64,000 nt of DNA from Tubulanus polymorphus (GCF_964204645.1 NC_134025.1:12834001-12898000), one strand, 5' to 3'. Shown: positions 1-11,585, counted from the stretch's first letter. A program made the numbers and translations. Notes: generated from the sequence alone by a model not told the origin.

Positions 1-890
1 ATTACTTGATGATCTAAATCAGACTTTAATTGTTCTATTTCTTTATTTTTATCAGTTAATTCTTTTTCTAAAGTTCTAATTTTAAAATCTCTTATACTTT
101 TATCATGCGCAATTTTATCAGATGCATGTCTTATACTAAAAATTTCTCTTATTGCTTTATCAGAAAATATATCTAAATCTTCTAATTCTTGATCTGTTGC
201 ATCAAGTAATCCCTTCGGTAAAAGTTTTTCAGTTTGAACTTCGTTTGATTTAGGTTTACTAGTTTTGGAAGTTATATTCTGTTCGGAAGTTGTTTCTGTT
301 TCTGGATTATCTTTGATTGTTTCAAATAATTTATTAATTCTTTGTTTAAATACTCTTACATTTTTATCAGTTAATTCTTGTGTTACATCTTCTATTTCAT
401 TACTATTTCTTATTCTCTTAATTCTAGATAGGTCTAACCTAAGCAAAGTTGATTTTGCTAATATTTTGTCTTGAATTTTATAACAGATGTTAATATAATA
501 ATCATCTTTCAATTTATAATAATATTCACCATCTAAAAACTTTAAATCTTGTACTAAAAGTCTGGCGCCTTTATCATTTATATTATATCCAGATTCTTTA
601 AATACATGTTGAAAATCATACATAAATTCAATATTTTCTAAATTTTGTCTTACTAAATCTGGATTTTCATTTTCAGTAGGTATTCTCGATTTAGCTCCTC
701 TAATATATTCATCTGTTGATGGGGCTTTAGAACCACTATCTTCTAAATTAGAATTATATGCTGATTCATCATCATTATCAATATTAGTTTCATAAAGATT
801 AGCACCTGCATCATTATAATCATCATCAATATATCCTTCATCATTATTTCCCCCGTTTTCCAATGGAAAATCTTCTCCGACTTCTGCCAT
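1..890 (-). CDS. Hypothetical acidic/coiled-coil protein, 3' end beyond window
   Basis: ATG at 890 (MAEVGEDFPLENGG...). By manual translation the frame stays open to position 1, so the ORF track misses it. Preceded by the same T7-N6-TAAATG motif as its neighbours. Confidence 0.7.
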   Translation of the reverse strand, partial: MAEVGEDFPLENGGNNDEGYIDDDYNDAGANLYETNIDNDDESAYNSNLEDSGSKAPSTDEYIRGAKSRIPTENENPDLVRQNLENIEFMYDFQHVFKESGYNINDKGARLLVQDLKFLDGEYYYKLKDDYYINICYKIQDKILAKSTLLRLDLSRIKRIRNSNEIEDVTQELTDKNVRVFKQRINKLFETIKDNPETETTSEQNITSKTSKPKSNEVQTEKLLPKGLLDATDQELEDLDIFSDKAIREIFSIRHASDKIAHDKSIRDFKIRTLEKELTDKNKEIEQLKSDLDHQV

Positions 891-906
891 TTACATAATA
901 AAAAAA

Positions 907-2295
907 TTAAAATTTAAAATATAATATTCCTCCGATTACAATTCCTATACAAGTTATAGCTAATTTAGTATTTTCATGGGATTTATTATCATTATCAGTT
1001 TTAATTATATCATGTTGAATATTATCAGTTTTAATATTTTCTGATGCATTGTCATCTTTTATTTTAGAATCATTATTTAATTTAATATTCTTAGTTTTAG
1101 TTTCTGTTGATTGAATATGTTTTTTAATTTTTTCACCTTCCATCAATTTTGGAGCAGTTATAATCTTTTTATTTATATCATTTACTCCAAATGAATTATT
1201 TATTGTTGCAGTTTTAATTAAATTATTATAACCAATTATATTTCCCATCTTTAATACTAAATCATTAGAAATAATTAATAGATTAGGGCCTATACAATAA
1301 TTTAATCTAATATGTGATTTATCTAAATAATTTTGATATCTTACAATGTTTTCTGGAATCGATCTATTTTTATCATTATGTATGGAATCTTCAAATAAAA
1401 CTTTAAATTGTTTTTGTGTATCGAATGATGTATTCAAATTTCCAATTATTGGGGATCTTGTTTCAACTTGCGCACCTAAAATACATATCAAATAAGTTCT
1501 AATTGATTGATTTATTCTTTGTATTCCGGCTTTAGTAAAACCTTCATTATTTTCTAAAATGAAATAAACCCAACCATTATTGTTTTCTTGTTTTAAATTA
1601 TCATAAAATGTCGGTAATTTATTGAAATTTAATGTTTCTAAATCCTTAGTTTCTATTTTACCATAACCTAATTTATTACTATAGATATTATACAAACTAT
1701 TAGATGGTATGGGAAGTGCACAATATTCTGCAATCTTTTTAGGGCAAGGAAGTGATCTTATTGTTCCAATTTTTGTTCTAAAATCAGAATTATTTATATC
1801 TATATTAAATTCATTACAAATTTTATAAAACTTTGATAAATTAATATTATTATCTAATTCTTTAAAATATCTAGATCCTGGTAAAGCGCACTCTAATTCA
1901 TTTAATATTATTCTTATTTGAAAGTATGTATGAAATCTAAATGAATGTTGAATTAATTTATATTTAGAATTATTCAAATGATCATTCCAACTAATTCCAC
2001 AACCTGTTGTTGCACAATAAACAGCAAAATTTAATTGGTTCTGCCAATACTTCATATTAGATTTTAATAACCATTGTTTTTCATCTTTCAATTTTTTAAA
2101 ATTGATTAAATATACATGAAATATATTTTCCATCTTTGCATTAAAATTATTAGTTTCAGTAACATAAATTTCTAAATTAGTTAATGAATCTAAAACTTCA
2201 TTTCTATATGTAATATCTTTATTAAAATCTATTGCTGGAATATTATATTTTATTGATTTATTATATTGGAAAGCTTTTGGAAAACTATCTACCAT
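907..2295 (-). CDS. 462-aa hypothetical protein with C-terminal transmembrane anchor
   Basis: Intact ORF. The WQNQLNFAVYCATTGCG block resembles ORFs I recognise from invertebrate pPolB elements. C-terminal hydrophobic LAITCIGIVIGGILYF. Confidence 0.75.
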   Translation of the reverse strand: MVDSFPKAFQYNKSIKYNIPAIDFNKDITYRNEVLDSLTNLEIYVTETNNFNAKMENIFHVYLINFKKLKDEKQWLLKSNMKYWQNQLNFAVYCATTGCGISWNDHLNNSKYKLIQHSFRFHTYFQIRIILNELECALPGSRYFKELDNNINLSKFYKICNEFNIDINNSDFRTKIGTIRSLPCPKKIAEYCALPIPSNSLYNIYSNKLGYGKIETKDLETLNFNKLPTFYDNLKQENNNGWVYFILENNEGFTKAGIQRINQSIRTYLICILGAQVETRSPIIGNLNTSFDTQKQFKVLFEDSIHNDKNRSIPENIVRYQNYLDKSHIRLNYCIGPNLLIISNDLVLKMGNIIGYNNLIKTATINNSFGVNDINKKIITAPKLMEGEKIKKHIQSTETKTKNIKLNNDSKIKDDNASENIKTDNIQHDIIKTDNDNKSHENTKLAITCIGIVIGGILYFKF

Positions 2296-2630
2296 TTATA
2301 TAACTAAAAAATTAATAATTAACTAATTCTTTTAATAATTTATCTTGTTCTTCAACTGTTTTATGGCCATTTAAACTTATGATATAATCTAGTGTATTCT
2401 TTAATTTATTAATTTCTTTTATATTAGTTTTAATTTTTTCTTTATTACTTTTTATATTTAATTTTGAACTTATACCAGTTAAAACACTTGAACTTAACCC
2501 TAACACACCAATTGATATAGCTAAAGGTGTTAATGGACTGAATATTGCTAGAAATGTTATTACAGAACTAATTGTAACCGAACCACTTATAATCAAATAA
2601 TATATAATTTTACTTTTTTAATATTTTTTC

Positions 2631-3770
2631 TTTTTTGACGCCTTATAAAACGTTACCATTATGAAACCTAAACAATGCTAACCATTCAGCGTCATTTTAC
2701 AAACGACAACCGTAAATCGATGTGCAAAACGTCACAGGTTTATGTGTACTCATACAAGCTATTTGGCAAAATATTATTGATAAAGATGTAGAATGGCTCC
2801 CTGTGATTATATAATGACCTCTATTTGAACGTCGGAATGTTATATTGCATTGAATATCATGAGAAGACGTATTGTAATAGTAAAGGATGTATGATTATAT
2901 CAGGAGCGGCAGGCATAAATAGAAATGATAAGTAAATCGGATTATTCGGTTAAATGGCGGATGTATACACGATTTGGAAGTCTGATATAAAAGTCAGACC
3001 CTGTCATGGGGATGCTAGTGGAATGACGAAGCTATCTATGATCTGAGTAGGGCCGGCGTGGATTTCATCGGCGGCTACAAGCGGTCTATATAAAAACGTG
3101 TAAACATATAATTTCAATATTCAAATGTTTTAGAAAATATGTTCGATATTAGGGGTATGCAGGTTTCATGAGATTAGCAATTTATAATAGCATAGCTGTC
3201 ATATACGGCTCCGCGTCCCCTGATGGCATGTGTATAAGGTGACAATTCAATTCAATACTTTATTGATCCTTATTACATTGAAATTCCGGGATAAAATTCC
3301 CAAATTCAATAAAGTAACAAATTTTAAACTAAGAAAATACAAAATACAAGACACACGGGTAATTCATACTGAATAACATGTATAAATTATTTAAATGACA
3401 ATGTCTACTTCAACCCAGACTCAAGTCTAGGATATCGAGTGACAGCCAAACCGGGCCCCGGGACCGGGCCGGCTGGCTACACGATATGCTCGAAGTCATG
3501 ATGAAGCAGACATCAGAAGAGCTCTTTCTTCAACCATGGAGGCAATGAAGTTGCAGACCAGCTTAGAGGCAAAAGTGAATCGAAGTCGGTCACAAGTTTT
3601 TTTTTTTAATTAGACCAGTCGAAGGTATCATCTACCAATCGCCAAATCTCATAATTCCCCAAATTTCTTATAACTTCGATTTCAAATTTGCAATTCCACA
3701 TTAGCTTATCCCAGATATTCTACATTTTTTCGCAGGCGTCAAATAATTTATTAAAGTTAATTTTCTTGTT
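2631..3770 (+). mobile_element. Non-autonomous Helentron-like (HINE-type) element, family B, copy 1
   Basis: Near-identical copy with the same two ends at 61907-63051; both sit in T-runs. Asymmetric inverted repeat: TTTGACGCCT at the left end, AGGCGTCAAA at 3734-3743, followed by a weak hairpin and CTTGTT. Confidence 0.6.
3245..3720 (-). mobile_element. Captured LINE-like 3' fragment inside family B element
   Basis: Minus strand has decayed coding text (...CDRLRFTFASKLVCNFIASMVEERAL...), then AATAAA and a short (TTGAA)n tail at about 3245-3265. Confidence 0.5.
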
Positions 3771-3901
3771 TATCTTTAAGTCACTTTCAAATTCTAATAT
3801 TTGTTTTTCTAAATATATTTTTAATTTAGTTTTATTTATATCATGAGGAATACTATCAATATTATCAACTTTATCTTCCATTTATTTAGCAAAAAAAATT
3901 A

Positions 3902-4330
3902 CTAATTAGTAAACTTATAAGCAACAAATATAACAATAACAGTTCCGCCTAAAATCCATATTATTTCATATTTCTTCTGTTCATTACTTGGGGTATAATA
4001 ATCTGATAATTTAGGTTTGTATAGATGTAATTTTATGGTTACTTTATTGGTTACCGCGTTATATAAACTCATTGCATCATCAACTGATTGAAAATCTCTA
4101 TGTGAAATTTTCTGATCATATAATTCTTTGTTAATATAATCCATATAGTTTTGTCGTTTTTCTCTATATTCTTCTGCTGCTTTATTGTATTTCTCTAATG
4201 CTAAGTTATGTCTTTTTTGTTCTGTTAATGATCCATTTTTATCAATATGTTTAAATAAATAACCACCACCAGTAAATGCTAAAGCGTTAACGATTGCCGA
4301 TCCTATAATAGTTATAACTGCAGAAGCCAT
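3902..4330 (-). CDS. 142-aa protein with N- and C-terminal hydrophobic segments
   Basis: Intact ORF MASAVITIIGSAIVNALAFTGG...EQKRHNLALE, a type I recognise from invertebrate pPolB elements. TAAATG start. Confidence 0.75.
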   Translation of the reverse strand: MASAVITIIGSAIVNALAFTGGGYLFKHIDKNGSLTEQKRHNLALEKYNKAAEEYREKRQNYMDYINKELYDQKISHRDFQSVDDAMSLYNAVTNKVTIKLHLYKPKLSDYYTPSNEQKKYEIIWILGGTVIVIFVAYKFTN

Positions 4331-4354
4331 TTATTTAGTAAAATAATTATGTAT

Positions 4355-4477
4355 TTATATGGGAGGAATATATTTTTGTTTTTCCAAATAATCAATAGTT
4401 AAATTAGATAAAGTAACTGCTAACGTTAATTTTAAAATATCATTTATATCAAATCTATCAACATTAACACTTCCCAT
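4355..4477 (-). CDS. 40-aa small ORF, possibly the frameshifted C-terminus of 4487-4819
   Basis: MGSVNVDRFDINDILKLTLAVTLSNLTIDYLEKQKYIPPI fills the gap between two genes. Confidence 0.45.
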   Translation of the reverse strand: MGSVNVDRFDINDILKLTLAVTLSNLTIDYLEKQKYIPPI

Positions 4478-4486
4478 TTTAAATTT

Positions 4487-4819
4487 TTAAAAATTACTAT
4501 CATCAAAATATTTAGTTATCTTATTTATGATTAATTCAACATTTATTTCATTACTACTTTGATGATTATCATATATTTTGGATAATATGTTTTTGATATC
4601 TTCAATAATTTCATCTTCATTTAATTCATAATATTCTAAAGGTGATTTAATTAAATCAATTACTTTTTCTATATTATAATTTTCTTTATCAATCATTGAT
4701 GCATTGTTAAATGATTTACTTTTTATATCAGTAATTACATCATTTAGTTTAATTCTCATTTCTTTACCATGTTTAAAATCAAACCCAAAACATATACTCG
4801 GTCCAACAGTTATATTCAT
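4487..4819 (-). CDS. 110-aa hypothetical protein
   Basis: ORF collinear with the cluster; T7-CACTATA-TAAATG start. Confidence 0.6.
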   Translation of the reverse strand: MNITVGPSICFGFDFKHGKEMRIKLNDVITDIKSKSFNNASMIDKENYNIEKVIDLIKSPLEYYELNEDEIIEDIKNILSKIYDNHQSSNEINVELIINKITKYFDDSNF

Positions 4820-4836
4820 TTATATAGTGAAAAAAA

Positions 4837-5538
4837 TTACTCTTTACATCTTACAACTAATTCATAAATTACAGGGAAATTATTTAAATCAATTAAGTAT
4901 CCATAATGATTTCTAATTTCTAATCTAAAATTATTAAAACGAGGAATGCATGGTTTGAAATCACATTCTGTTAAATTATAATTTATTTGTGTTCCAAATT
5001 CTTTAACATTCTTCAATGGTAAAATGTTTAGTAAACCAGAATTACAAGTTATATCTTTAGTTGCTTTGTATGTTTTTGTAGGATCGATTAAATTGCAATA
5101 AATATAAAAATGTGTGTAAGGTATTAAGTTTGGTGTAACAGCATCAATATTTTTAAAAGATCTATCTGGAAGAATTCCTAACAGTTTAGCTATAGGTTTT
5201 TTTACCATAAATTTATTGTTTTTCACTATTAGACAACCTTATCTTTATTCTATCAGAACTCTCACTTTTTAAAAATCTAATACTAAACCCAGAACTACTA
5301 CCTAATTTGTGCCAAGCTTTTCTATTAATTTCTTGTGCCAATGTATCTAAATTATATAACCCTGGTTTTAAATATATATAGGCCCATTCATTTTTATTTT
5401 TATTAAAAATTAAAAAAGCTCTATGTTAAATAGTTTTATTCGATATATTGTAAAAAGAATTACATAAACTTATTTCTAATTAATAATTCTATCTAGAAAT
5501 AATTTGTTGTTCTCACTGTTTGCTTGTTTACTCTCCAT
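4837..5538 (-). pseudogene. Minor capsid (penton, single jelly-roll)-like gene, frameshifted
   Basis: C-terminal pattern FYIYCNLI...LLNILPL...FKP...FNNFRLEIRNHYGYLIDL...VIYEL fits Polinton penton proteins. The N-terminal part (KPGLYNLDTL) lies in other frames, starting from ATG at 5538. Confidence 0.6.
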
Positions 5539-5567
5539 TTTAATAACATATTTTTATTAAAATTTGA

Positions 5568-8500
5568 TTAACACGTTAGAATTCTTTTCATTATCTCGTT
5601 CTCTTTTGTTTCTTCTCTTTTAAATTTTAAGTATTCATCTAAATTGCAACCATAAGCAACTGTATGAATTCCATCATCTAAAATATATCTTTTATCATCA
5701 AATGGGTTTAGACTTATCTTTTCAATTTCTTCAATAAACATTTCATGATCTTCAGATCTTAAACATCTCATCTTATGTTTTCTAACTTCTTCATTGAATA
5801 TAAAATTGATGTAATCTTTGAAATGAATATTCTTTTCTACTACACTTTTTGTTATTCCTTTTAACTTTTTATCTTCATGTTCTTTAATTTTATATGAATA
5901 CATTTTAGATCGAATACCTATGAATTCAATCATTTCTTCACCACCTAATTCATCTTTGAATTTACCGGGAACTTTTTTATTATCATTGCTAAACAATTCA
6001 TGATCTTTAGGATAGTTACTAAAATCAAAATGATGTTTTAATGTTTTTAAATCATCAGTTATGTTATCAGTTTTTATCTTTTTTTATATTTGTAAGAATC
6101 GGTATCAAAATATAATATTTCTATATGTTTTTCTCCAAAAAGTGGTTGTAATACATTATAATAGAATTCATACATTAGTAATTTTGATAATTCTAAAACT
6201 GAAGCGCCAACATAGATTGGTTTATTAAATTTCATTGAGGTTCTTCTCATCTTAACTGCAGCTAAATTTTCATCAAATATTCTGTTACCATTAAAATTTA
6301 AATTTAAATTTAAATTTAATATGTTCAGGATATTCTAAATCTACAACAAAGAAGTAACCAGTATCTGAATCATCTGCAATATCTAGGATTCTTTTCTTCC
6401 AATCAAATTTATCGTTATTTTCATTCTGTAAAACTTCAGTTAATTCAAATACTCCATAAGGTTGTGGTTCCATCATTGCCCAACCATACAAATTATTTGC
6501 ATCTATATATAATAACTTATATCCGGGGTTATCATTTACATTGAAATATCTATCACCTAATATACCTGAAACTCCTCCTCTTATAGATTTTTCAAATAAT
6601 AATAATTGATCTATATTTGTTAACAAATCCATTTTCATATCTGTAAATTTTAATCCACAATCCCATGTTAAACCTGGTGATGAATAACAATGACAAGGAT
6701 CAATATTAAAATATTTTAGGTTTACATCTCTAAACCTTTCGAATATATCGGTTAATAATAATACATCTGATTTTAAATATATATCTACTAATTGTCCATG
6801 ATTTTCTATTTTGAAATGATTCCAAATATTCAATGTTCTATTATAGACTTCATCTTTAACATATTCATTTTTTAATTCATCATAGAATTGTTCTTTTAAT
6901 AATTCAGATATATTGAAATCATTATGTGATTTATAAAATGAATATGGAATTGCGCCTTTATATCTCATTAATTTAAAATCATCATTATTTTGATAATGTT
7001 GTTTTAATATTTTTAATTCATCATCAACTAATGATTTTGATAAGTTATCTAATGAACTATTTAAAAATCTATATGAATCTATAAATCTTAGGCAACCAAA
7101 TTGGAATGATATATAATTCTCAGATGTTTTAGCTAACATTCTAAATTTATAAGTTGGTATTTTATCTTTTGATCTATTTGAATTTAATCTCTCTATTTCA
7201 TTATTGATTTCTTCTATTTTATGGCATAACTGTTTGATGAATAAATGTGCATCATATCCTGATAGATTATGAAATATAACTGGTACAAAGTTAATTTTCT
7301 TAGCTTGTAAGTTACAATTCTCATGTGCAGCGCCTCTAAACTTTCCATTTAAATGATCATGGTCTCTTACTTTTTATCTTTATAATTAAATATCTTTTCA
7401 CAATAATAACATTTATCTGTAAACACAAATTCTTCTTTATCTTCTTCTGTCATTATAATTTCTATATTTGTATTCAATAATTTACTAAATCTTATTTCAT
7501 ATTCAATTAATAAGTCACAAAAATGATTGATAACATTTTCATTTCTGTAATGATAATATTCACTTTCTATTAGTTCTGGATAATCAGATTTAATATATAA
7601 CCCGAAAGCTGCGGCTGATTGATGAATCTTTTTAATTGTATTTGTTTTTGGTGGTTCATCTGAAAAATCATTTTCATTAGAATTTAATTTCTTTCTTTTA
7701 TAATATATTTCTTTTCTATCTTGATCAGTTAATTCTTTATTTAATGATTCAAAATCTCCATATATTACAAATGGTACTTTATTTTTGTAATCATATTTTT
7801 TTAATTCTAATATTTTATCTTTTTCATTTGGTAAAACTAATTTACAATAATCATGATTTTCACATAATTGTTTATGATTTAATAATGCACTTTCATTACT
7901 GAATCTATGTAAACATTTTCTACAAAGATATATTTTATGGTGATCATTTTCTGATTTAAAAAATAAATCTATTTGTTTAATCCACATATAATGATTCTCA
8001 TAATATAATATATCTATAACATCGTTTGAATCATAATCTTTTGATAGATAAAAAGGTTCTAATGTATAATGTTTTATATTGTTACCTTTTGTATTTGGTA
8101 ATTTGATTAAATCAAATACATTTATCTTTATATTATTATCTCTTTCTATTTTTGGGATGTTTTTAATTCTAACAGGATACTTATCTATCTTATAATTATT
8201 TTCAAATGGTTTATAATGAGTTAATCTAAAACTATGTGTAATATCTTCTGTTGGATGTAAACAACTTATTATAGCCCATAGAAAACATTTATCATCTTCA
8301 TTTTGTACATTTATTACAGAATTAGTTTTAAATGGTAGTTTAGTATAACTCGATGCTTCAATATCTGGTTCTTTATAATATGATACATTATTTTCATCAA
8401 TTGGTTTTGATTTAGTTAACTTATTATATTTTGTGTTATAAACATGTAAAGTCATAAATATTATTTCATCAAATATTAAACCAGATCCTTCAAAATATTT

Positions 8501-9205
8501 TTCTTCTATTTTAGTTTTTACTTCATTATAACATTTATCTAATTTATCATCTATATGTTGTTTAGATATAATATGTACTGAATGAGAATTTATATTATAT
8601 ATTGGTTTATCTTCGGATTTTATGAATTTAACTTTTGATGAAATACTTATTTTAGGATATTCAACATCAGTAATTATTTATACTATTTCTTTCATATTTT
8701 CTAAATGTTTTTTATTTTCTTCTAATGTTTTTCCTTTATGAAATTTAAACTCGATAGCTGCTGGACCAATATCACTTTTAAATGCTTCGGTTATCTCTAT
8801 ATCTTTTTTATTATCTAATGAATTAATATAATTTCTTACATCTTCCATGTATGGTCTTTTATTGTTTAATTTATTTCTTATTCTTTTAATTGTCTTCTGT
8901 TTCTTATCATTATCTTTATCAAAATAATCTTCACCTAAAATATCATTATTCTTATTTCTAATATGATTTTTAGATTTTAAATGTTCTTTATAATATCTTT
9001 TATCACTGAATGATTGATTACATGTATCACATTTGTATGTTTCTTTTTCATTCTTTAATTCATCTAATTTAGTTTCTAATATATCATCTTTATATTCTAG
9101 TTTCAATTTATTATCTAAATGTGTTTTAGTTTTATTGTGTCTTGCTTTTTGGGATTTATCTATATTGATATTACATGTTGCGCAGTAGTACTTATTTGCT
9201 TCCAT
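5568..9205 (-). pseudogene. Protein-primed family B DNA polymerase (pPolB), fragmented
   Basis: Exonuclease motifs YGDFES, YFHNLSGYD, FIDSYRF, YLKSDV; polymerase motifs YIDANNLYGWAM, YFDTDS (~6100), GKFKDE, RSKMY, DDKRY; N-terminal C2H2 fingers. Several frameshifts. The motif-B region appears deleted at a (TTTAAA)n junction near 6290-6320. Confidence 0.92.
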
Positions 9206-9285
9206 TTTAATACTAAATTTTTTATTAAAATTGATTTTAGAAGTTCAATGATTTAAATGTTATTCATTTATATGAATATTTTAAG

Positions 9286-9554
9286 AGTAATAGGGGTAAT
9301 GGGCTTTCATATCAAAGGTTGAAAGGGCTAGTGAGTAAAAAATGAAAAATACGAAAATAATAATAATTTCTATTTGAATTAGGAGTGAAACTCATATAAA
9401 ATGAAAAATAAATTCGAGTGTGCGAGAATTATTTTTCATTTTATATGAGTTTCGCTACTAATTCAAATAGAAATTGTTATTATTTTCATATTTTTCATTT
9501 TTTATGAGCTCGACCTTTCGACCTTTGGTATGAAAGCCCATTACCCCTATTACT
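9286..9554. repeat. 269-bp fold-back palindrome at the end of the pPolB element
   Basis: AGTAATAGGGGTAATGGGCTTTCATA... pairs with ...TATGAAAGCCCATTACCCCTATTACT. Arms about 130 bp, loop near 9415-9425, no flanking TSD. Confidence 0.9.
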
Positions 9555-10425
9555 TGCAACCATTGAGCTTGATAAAAACGTTCCAATAACGTTCGTATGA
9601 CGTTACATTATAACCATGATGTCCTCTTTCACGAGCTCGAATAAATCCCTTTCAACTAACTAATATTTGAATTATTTTACCTAACTTTTATTTTGTAACT
9701 ACGTATATATACATGTATAATATCGAAATTATAAACTCGTAAGTTAGTTCTCCAGTGCACCAGTCGTCGTCGTTACAGCGTAGCTGGCAGCCTTTGTGAT
9801 TCCTAAAATAAAAAGGAAATGATACAGAAACTTTTATTTTCATGGTTGTGTTAAGCCTTGAAGTTCATTTCATCCATACATACAGGGATTGTTATGCTTG
9901 TTATTGGAGAACAACAGTTAGGTCATTTCATTGATATAAAACCCGACGAAAAGGTCTCTAACGTGGGTTTCTACATAAAAGATTGTTTCAAAAACATTTT
10001 ATCGGTAATTTTCCATATATTGAAAGTATCAAAATTTGTGGATTGAATAACGTACCTTAGTAAATAAACGATTTTTAAATCCCTTAAACACGCCGCTTAA
10101 AGCTGATTGATGAACAATGGCGAACACTTCCTGCTTTGATATGTCACGATATCCATCGGTTTCGAATCCCATATTTTTCTTTACTCCCGAAAGTTTGAAT
10201 CTTGCTTTCAAATGGTATTAAAATGTAGGAATCCACGTCGGGATTTGCTTAAAACGGACTATATTGATGATATCTGACTTAACTAATGATTTGCTGCAGG
10301 CTCTTGGATGATAACGTTTAGAAAAACCTTCAGAAAACGTTATCGCCTGAACGTTACATTATAAACTATCACACAACTTTCACGAACGTTTCCGAATGTT
10401 GTATGAACGTTGTGTGCTAGCTGGG
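9555..10425. mobile_element. Right part of a non-autonomous EnSpm/CACTA-type (CCCAG-terminal) element
   Basis: Ends ...AACGTTGTGTGCTAGCTGGG followed by TA; many AACGTT subterminal repeats. The left end is missing where the pPolB element abuts it. Confidence 0.5.
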
Positions 10426-11439
10426 TAGCCCCTTATTACAGTTTATGATTCATAAAGGTCTTATCATACTCGTAATTTAAAGCTTTTATTATCCTTGAAT
10501 TAAATTATAAGACGCGCGCCAGAGCTCTCCGCGTGCGTCTCAGTAGTGTTACAATACAGCGCATAATTAATAGCCATATGTTCTCTATCGATCATTGCTA
10601 CTACAGCAGGGAAGTGTGTCTGTGTGTGAGACTATAGTATTACAAAAGCATTGAACGCTGCGCTGGCTGCGCGCCAACACAGAGGTGTTGAGAGACGAAA
10701 CAATACTGACTGGAATAAGATCCCGTCAGTATTGTTTCCTCTTTCAAAGATAAAATGAATAGCTGATAGTGTTCCACTACTAATTGTAGGCCCACTATTG
10801 ACTATTGAGTCAATTATTTTATCAACTTTCAGAATTCTATTCAAGACCCTACTAAATAGAGCGACAGTAACACCGTACACAATAGGCCACGGCCGTATCA
10901 AAATACGGTGAAACCGTATGGGTTGCAGCTCTGGATTGAGAAAAGGGCAATTGATTCTGCAAAATACACGGGCTGAAATTAGGTGGGAAATTGGCAAATT
11001 ATTATGCCACAACTCGGTAGTCTACACGGAGCCGATGAATCGCTACCTTAATCTCATTCTTGCACACACTGCATCTGGCATGCTTATTGTCTGCCCCCCT
11101 TACAATCCATGAATACTCGTCAAGCCATAATTCGTTGAAATATGTTTGTCCAGACATTGTTCATCACTCACACAATGCACAATTCAAAGAAAATTATCGC
11201 GACGCATTCTGGCGGCACACGTCCGCCATAATGATGTAAACAAACAGTATGTAAGCTGATTCACGATTGGCTCTAGATGATATCATCATCGATCATATAA
11301 CCAATCATGGCACTCGTTGTAAACTGCTGAACCAATATGGGTTTTTGAAGAATATGGAGAGAAGAACGAAATACGACAAGTGAACGATTCAGGAATACAA
11401 ATTTTATTGATACAAAAAATTACAATAATTGCATGGAAG

Positions 11440-11585
11440 CCTGAATTCCATGATTTTCCATAATATTAAGAAATAAAAATTGAAATTCCCTGACCCAAAC
11501 TGAAATTCCCTGATTTTCCATGATTTTCCAGTCATGTTTTCAATTCCCTGATTTTCCCTGACTTTCACTGATCGCGGGAACCCTG
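11440..11585. mobile_element. Right terminus of a hAT-like DNA transposon
   Basis: Clustered TTCCCTGA/TTTTCC subterminal repeats ending GCGGGAACCCTG (CAGGGTTCCC on minus). It truncates the adjacent LTR. Confidence 0.45.

Larger units (their letters stand above)
2312..3881 (-). pseudogene. Small membrane protein gene split by a 1.14-kb insertion
   Basis: ATG at 3881 (MEDKVDNIDSIPHD...ESDLKI). Resumes after the 2631-3770 insertion as KKKY*KSKIIYYLIISGSV..., joining ORF 2312-2596, which has two hydrophobic helices. One in-frame stop. Confidence 0.7.
1..9554 (-). mobile_element. Polinton/Maverick- or adintovirus-like endogenous element, right part only (left end beyond window)
   Basis: Very AT-rich, intronless, tightly packed minus-strand ORFs including a protein-primed PolB and a penton-like ORF. 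Ends ...CCCCTATTACT at 9554 (Polinton-type ACT-3' end), where composition changes abruptly. Confidence 0.85.

Noticed and set aside
1-9250. Bacterial or phage contamination (AT-rich, intronless ORFs)
   Set aside because: It contains an insertion shared with the eukaryotic hAT at 61907, and its polymerase is Polinton-type and pseudogenised, so it is integrated in this genome.
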